Source: a virus
Virus record (IMG/VR): IMGVR_UViG_3300035232_000453
Direction: 5' to 3' (one strand)
Length of the DNA stretch: 64,000 bases
Shown: piece by piece, positions 59,310 to 64,000 of the stretch
How the letters are laid out: the number at the start of each line of letters is the position of its first letter
Numbering within the stretch: the first letter of the stretch is position 1
Notes under the pieces: model-generated
Told to the model about the DNA's origin: nothing
Seen by the model: the letters and a program-made list of their open reading frames with translations, nothing else
Databases searched by the model: none
Program-made: the position numbers and the translations under genes

Positions 59310-59338
59310 TTGACAAATTCTACTAAATAGTGTATTAT
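59310..59338 (+). promoter_or_regulatory. sigma70 promoter TTGACA-N17-TATTAT with an embedded late box ACTAAATA
   Basis: -35 at 59310-59315, -10 at 59333-59338, ACTAAATA at 59322-59329. Confidence 0.75.
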
Positions 59339-59364
59339 ATACATATATAATAAAGGAGTATTCT

Positions 59365-59712
59365 ATGGACGAAAGACTCGAGAAAGCACTAGACTTTAGT
59401 AATTATGCATTAACTTTAAATAATCAAAAAAGAAATATTCGAAACAGAGTAGCACAGTTACAAATCGTACATCACTTGGGTGGTGTGTTTATTGCTGATC
59501 ACGAAACAATTGCTTTTGTAAAAACATTAATAGATTTAAAACATAAGGAATCTATTGTTATTGATAGCAAAAACAATCCTATTACAGTAAAAAGTTTATC
59601 TGAGCTATTAGAAAAACTTATCAATGCATATACTAGTGCTACTACTGAATTTGATATTGAAAATGAAAAATTAAAGAAATCAAGAAACATTAAGAAAATT
59701 ATGGACTGGTAA
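59365..59712 (+). CDS. Hypothetical phage protein
   Basis: 115-aa ORF with AAGGAG RBS. Confidence 0.7.
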   Translation: MDERLEKALDFSNYALTLNNQKRNIRNRVAQLQIVHHLGGVFIADHETIAFVKTLIDLKHKESIVIDSKNNPITVKSLSELLEKLINAYTSATTEFDIENEKLKKSRNIKKIMDW

Positions 59713-60608
59713 TGCCTACTATTCAAGCACCAGAGGGTGTATGCTTTTTTGCATATAACAACAGTCAATTAGATTATGTTAACATGGCAATTACTAGTAG
59801 TAAGTTTGTTAAGAAGAATCTACAACTACCTGTTTGTTTAATTACAGACGAGGGTTCACTGTCTTGGCTAGAAGAAAGTCATTCAACAGAAGAAATTGAA
59901 AAATGTTTTGATTATATTGTAACAACTAATGACAATATGAAGGCTAACAGTAGACGACACTATGATAGTCCTTGGACAGAATTTACTGCACAATTTAATA
60001 ACAGCAACAAACATAAAATCTATCAATACAGTCCATTTGAAAAAACACTACTATTAGATATTGATTACATTGTTAAATCGGATACACTACTAAAATATTT
60101 TGATAGTGATTATTCAGTAAGTATGTTTGATAATGCAACTACATTAAGAAATGAACCTCCGCTCTTCTTAGAAAGATTCTTATATGATGCTGGGATTAAA
60201 ATGTGGTGGAGTACAGTTGTATATTTTGATCGCAGTGACTTTAGTGAACTATTTTTTAATACATGGTCGCATGTAGCAGATAATTATGACTACTATCAGT
60301 ACCTATATAATTTTCCTAGAAAGATGTTTAGAACAGACTACTGTGTTAGTATTGCAGTACATATACTTTCGGGCATGACTGCTGAGCAAGATAACATAGG
60401 TAACTTTGATGGAACATCATTACTTAATATGAGTCAGAAAGACGACATTATTGAAGTAACATCAGATAACACATGGGTTATGTTATCTCATGATTCAAAA
60501 GAAGTTTGGAAAAATATTTTAGTAAAAACAAACAATCAAGATATACATCTTATGAATAAAAGAGCGTTTGACAGAATTATTCCAAAACTAACGGAGTATC
60601 TTTTATGA
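59712..60608 (+). CDS. GT-A fold (GT8-like) glycosyltransferase
   Basis: SPFEKTLLLDIDY DxD motif, LPVCLITD. Confidence 0.7.
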   Translation: MPTIQAPEGVCFFAYNNSQLDYVNMAITSSKFVKKNLQLPVCLITDEGSLSWLEESHSTEEIEKCFDYIVTTNDNMKANSRRHYDSPWTEFTAQFNNSNKHKIYQYSPFEKTLLLDIDYIVKSDTLLKYFDSDYSVSMFDNATTLRNEPPLFLERFLYDAGIKMWWSTVVYFDRSDFSELFFNTWSHVADNYDYYQYLYNFPRKMFRTDYCVSIAVHILSGMTAEQDNIGNFDGTSLLNMSQKDDIIEVTSDNTWVMLSHDSKEVWKNILVKTNNQDIHLMNKRAFDRIIPKLTEYLL

Positions 60609-61456
60609 TTGAAAAACAAGAGCAGGGTTATGTAATAATTGCAATGCAAGAGTTTGAATATATTCAAGCAACTGCACTTGCATATAGTATTAAAATACAT
60701 AACAAAGATGCTAGTGTTACATTAGTTACTAACTACATAGACCGTGTTCCTGCACACTACGAAGAAGCATTTGATTATTTGGTAGACATGCCATTTCCTT
60801 GTAATGAGGTTACTAGAATTAACGACTGGCAGTTGTACTGGGCAACACCATATATACATAACATTGTAATAGACTGTGCAAGCCTTGTTAAAGAAAATCA
60901 CGATAGCATATGGGAATATTTAAAAGATCAGCATGACATATACTTTTTCAATCAGTCTTATGATTTTAAAGGTGATGTATTAAAAAACAAACAAGTTAAG
61001 ACTATAGAAGCAGAGTACAAACTTAATGCAGTTTATTCGCATATGTTTTACTTTAAGTTTGATACAGATTTAGCACTTGCATTTTTTAAATTAGCAGATG
61101 TGTTTATGCAAAATTGGAGACAAGTAATGCCAAAGTTTTTCAATCAATCTCATTGCCCAGAATATTATAACAGTGACATAATGTATAGTCTGCTAAACAC
61201 AATAGTATTGTACGAGCATCCTCCAATACATAATATTATTAATACAATTAATATGCCAGTAACGTTAACTGATGGAGTGATTGGTCAGTGGGATAAATGG
61301 TCAGAAAGATTAAACGTTTGGAGTAGCAAAGGAGCAAAAGTAAAAATTCAAAACTTTGCAATGGGAACTAACCTATACTATGGAGAACACGAGTTTATAA
61401 CAGAAGAGATATTTAATGAACACAGAGACACTTACAGAGCCACAAGTAAACATTAA
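60605..61456 (+). CDS. GT8-like glycosyltransferase paralog with degenerate DxD
   Basis: ALAYSIK, TPYIHNIVIDCAS aligning with SPFEKTLLLDIDY of the upstream gene. Confidence 0.6.
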   Translation: MIEKQEQGYVIIAMQEFEYIQATALAYSIKIHNKDASVTLVTNYIDRVPAHYEEAFDYLVDMPFPCNEVTRINDWQLYWATPYIHNIVIDCASLVKENHDSIWEYLKDQHDIYFFNQSYDFKGDVLKNKQVKTIEAEYKLNAVYSHMFYFKFDTDLALAFFKLADVFMQNWRQVMPKFFNQSHCPEYYNSDIMYSLLNTIVLYEHPPIHNIINTINMPVTLTDGVIGQWDKWSERLNVWSSKGAKVKIQNFAMGTNLYYGEHEFITEEIFNEHRDTYRATSKH

Positions 61457-62384
61457 AAGAAAGTACTTTATAGTATTTAACAATGATAATGGAAAAATAC
61501 TAAGAATTAATAGTACTAAGGTTACTAACATTGCTAACAATACAACTCAGGCTGAATCAACTGACCCAATATGCAAAAAATTAATCAATGGTACTAGTAG
61601 CTTAAAAAAGTATGGCATGATATGGGATTTAATAAATCACAAATGGGAACTTAGTCACCGTGGGAATGTATTAATAATTGAATCAGATGATAATAAATTA
61701 GTACCGTTTGCAAAAGATGTTGCTCCCTCTTCTGTTGATTTGTATGTGAATATATTTTATAATTCAAATCAAATACTTGTAACTGCAAATATGCCTTCAA
61801 TTAGAAAAAATAAAAATTTAGCAACAATATCAGAAATATCATTAAACGAAACTAATGCATTAGATATACATATTACAAGAAAGAATGATCCAGACTATCT
61901 AGTACATACACTTAAACTTGATCCAAAAGAATTGTTTACACACGGACAACAAATTATAACACTTGACAAGAATATAGATAAAGAACTAGACTGGAACAAC
62001 ATTAGTCTGTATTCAAAACACGTATTTAATAATTACGGATGGTCGTTAACTGAACTCAAAATAGAAAACCAACGCAACGAACATTTGTTACAAACTTCTG
62101 CAAAAACAAACGAACCAAGTCACATAAATATTAACGTAGTGGATAATAGATTAATAGTTAGTAATAATTTATCTATAGCCGATAAACATTTACTATCTGG
62201 TATTAAATTATTTAAATTTATTGTCTGTAATGAGACTCCGGACGTATTTGTAGGTGCAATTCAAATAGAACGATCTCAATTTGAAAATAAAACGTTTGAG
62301 ATAGAAATAAACTTTGATTGGCCAGATACTCCACTGTTAGTACACAAGTACAATAACATAGAAATAAATTTAGGAGAACAATAA
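61416..62384 (+). CDS. Hypothetical protein
   Basis: 322-aa ORF within the glycosyltransferase cluster. Confidence 0.65.
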   Translation: MNTETLTEPQVNIKRKYFIVFNNDNGKILRINSTKVTNIANNTTQAESTDPICKKLINGTSSLKKYGMIWDLINHKWELSHRGNVLIIESDDNKLVPFAKDVAPSSVDLYVNIFYNSNQILVTANMPSIRKNKNLATISEISLNETNALDIHITRKNDPDYLVHTLKLDPKELFTHGQQIITLDKNIDKELDWNNISLYSKHVFNNYGWSLTELKIENQRNEHLLQTSAKTNEPSHININVVDNRLIVSNNLSIADKHLLSGIKLFKFIVCNETPDVFVGAIQIERSQFENKTFEIEINFDWPDTPLLVHKYNNIEINLGEQ

Positions 62385-62385
62385 G

Positions 62386-63132
62386 ATGAATAAATTAAAT
62401 CCCCTTGTATGGGAAAATAGACACACAACAAGATTATTTTCAGACACAGGTCCAATACCAGATGAAGATGTCGAATATTTAGCAACAGTAATAAATCACG
62501 TTCCTACTCAATGTAGTATTAAATCTCATTTTTGGATGTATTTAGGCCAAGGCGATGAAGACATGAAGATGCGTACATGGCTAGCTGATAATATATATTA
62601 CATGACTAATAAGGAAGAACACGGTGATGACAAAGAACACATGCTTGCAGTTGTACAAGCACCAGCAGTACTTGTATGTGTTAGAACTTCAACACCTTGG
62701 GCTAATCCAGAAGAAGGAAAATCAGCAGAAGATCAAAATCATTTAGCAGATAGAAGTGAAGGCTTTGTTGCCGGAGCAATACTTTCTACATTATTAAATA
62801 TGGGATACAGCGTTGCAACATTTGGATGTACACATGGAATGCATGCAGAAGGAAATGGTCGAGAAAAATGTGAAACATTTACAAAAATGATCAAAGAAAG
62901 ATTTGGAACTGAACTAGAAAATATGATTAACACATATCCAGGAAAGCAAGGCAATTGGGATGATATTAGTTTTTTCCCAGGTCTTACTAATAGTTTTGGC
63001 CCAGAGGCAATAGATAGCCTAGCGCCAACAGAAGGTGAACTGGAAACATGGGTTAGTAAAGCAGGCAAAGAATATAAATTTATAAACGGAACAAAATTAC
63101 GTACACCAGTTGATTCAACTGTTGGATTTTAA
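62386..63132 (+). CDS. Nitroreductase-fold protein
   Basis: RHTTRLFS...PIPDEDV...VPTQCS N-terminal FMN-binding motif. Confidence 0.65.
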   Translation: MNKLNPLVWENRHTTRLFSDTGPIPDEDVEYLATVINHVPTQCSIKSHFWMYLGQGDEDMKMRTWLADNIYYMTNKEEHGDDKEHMLAVVQAPAVLVCVRTSTPWANPEEGKSAEDQNHLADRSEGFVAGAILSTLLNMGYSVATFGCTHGMHAEGNGREKCETFTKMIKERFGTELENMINTYPGKQGNWDDISFFPGLTNSFGPEAIDSLAPTEGELETWVSKAGKEYKFINGTKLRTPVDSTVGF

Positions 63133-63141
63133 GGAGACACT

Positions 63142-64000
63142 ATGAGTAGTATGGAAAGTATTAATGAATTTGATATAGTGTTCATTAGCTATGATGAACC
63201 AAATGCAGATGAAAACTATAACGATTTAATTAATAAAGCACCGTGGGCAAAGAGAAGCCACGGTGTGTTTGGCAGTGATGCAGCACATAAGGCAGCAGCC
63301 GACCTAGCAGAAACAGATAGATTTATTACTATTGATGCAGACAACATTGTCAAGGATGATTTCTTTGGTGTTGAAGTAGACATGAGTAAAATAAAAAACA
63401 CAGATGTTATTAGTTGGGCTGGAAAAAATACAGTGAACGGATTAGTATACGGAAACGGAGGCATTAAGTGTTGGCCAAAAGAAGTAGTATATGGAATGCA
63501 AACACATGAGAATGCACCAGCGGGCGACAAGCGAGCCCAAGTAGACTTCTGTTGGAATATCAACTATGTGCAAATGAATAACATATATTGCGATGTAATG
63601 AATAATGCGAGTCCACTACAAGCCTGGCGTGCAGGTTTCCGTGAAGGAGTTAAGATGGGATTAGTTGACGGAGACGTTATCGATCCATTACAACTAAAAG
63701 AAAAAGTACACGATAAGAACTACAAGCGACTGCTTACTTGGATGAGTGTTGGTGACGACAGTGAGAATGGACTGTGGGCAATATACGGTGCAAGACTTGG
63801 GTGCCACATGACAAACATTGGTAGAGAAGATTGGGACTGGAGAAATGTTCGAGACTTTGATTGGCTTACAAAATATTATAAAGAAAATGTATTACCTAAC
63901 TTTGAGGCTGACAGTGATCAGTTATGTTCACGTACAGGTATGCGTTGGAATTACGACACACTACAAAACGAAAGTAACAGACTTGGTTACGATTTAAGAT
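63142..64000 (+). CDS. Glycosyltransferase-like protein, partial (runs off the window end)
   Basis: Not in ORF track. AAGGAG RBS, MSSMESINEFDIVFISYDEPNADENY...FITIDADNIV (DxD)...NGLVYGNGGIKCW...AWRAGFREGVKM. Confidence 0.75.
   Translation, partial: MSSMESINEFDIVFISYDEPNADENYNDLINKAPWAKRSHGVFGSDAAHKAAADLAETDRFITIDADNIVKDDFFGVEVDMSKIKNTDVISWAGKNTVNGLVYGNGGIKCWPKEVVYGMQTHENAPAGDKRAQVDFCWNINYVQMNNIYCDVMNNASPLQAWRAGFREGVKMGLVDGDVIDPLQLKEKVHDKNYKRLLTWMSVGDDSENGLWAIYGARLGCHMTNIGREDWDWRNVRDFDWLTKYYKENVLPNFEADSDQLCSRTGMRWNYDTLQNESNRLGYDLR

Noticed and set aside
1-64000. Stop-codon recoding, reverse transcriptase/DGR, introns or inteins in core genes
   Set aside because: Core genes are full length in the standard code, with TAA, TAG and TGA all used as stops; no RT or intein motifs seen; gp20, gp23, gp46 and gp47 are uninterrupted.

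Overview
This AT-rich window is the virion-morphogenesis region of a large, distantly T4-related (gp20/21/22/23, gp46/47, gp55) contractile-tailed phage using the standard genetic code. The left arm (mostly minus strand) holds glycosyltransferase-like genes, several tail/head fibre genes, major capsid, scaffold, prohead protease, portal, two paralogous tape-measure-like genes, a GIY-YIG-like nuclease, gp46/gp47 and a long gp55 late sigma factor. The right arm (plus strand) holds an HxGH nucleotidyltransferase, baseplate genes (gp48-like, gp53, hub with N-terminal muramidase-like domain, gp5, gp25, gp6, a 3565-aa wedge protein), an inserted HNH gene, and a second glycosyltransferase/nitroreductase cluster. 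Structural genes are preceded by a T4-late-like TAAATA box, while accessory clusters, gp55 and two non-coding loci have near-consensus sigma70 promoters. Three items stand out. (1) A ~690-bp non-coding locus at 29598-30288: promoter, motif-studded A-rich leader, ~330-nt highly paired RNA, AT-rich tract and DNA mini-hairpins, read as a candidate RNA-primed origin or nuclease-associated RNA. (2) A clear -1 frameshift signal fusing gp26 to an unannotated gp51-like ORF. (3) A stand-alone ~240-nt structured RNA gene downstream of the capsid gene. All calls come from motif recognition and manual pairing by eye; no database searches or folding software were run.
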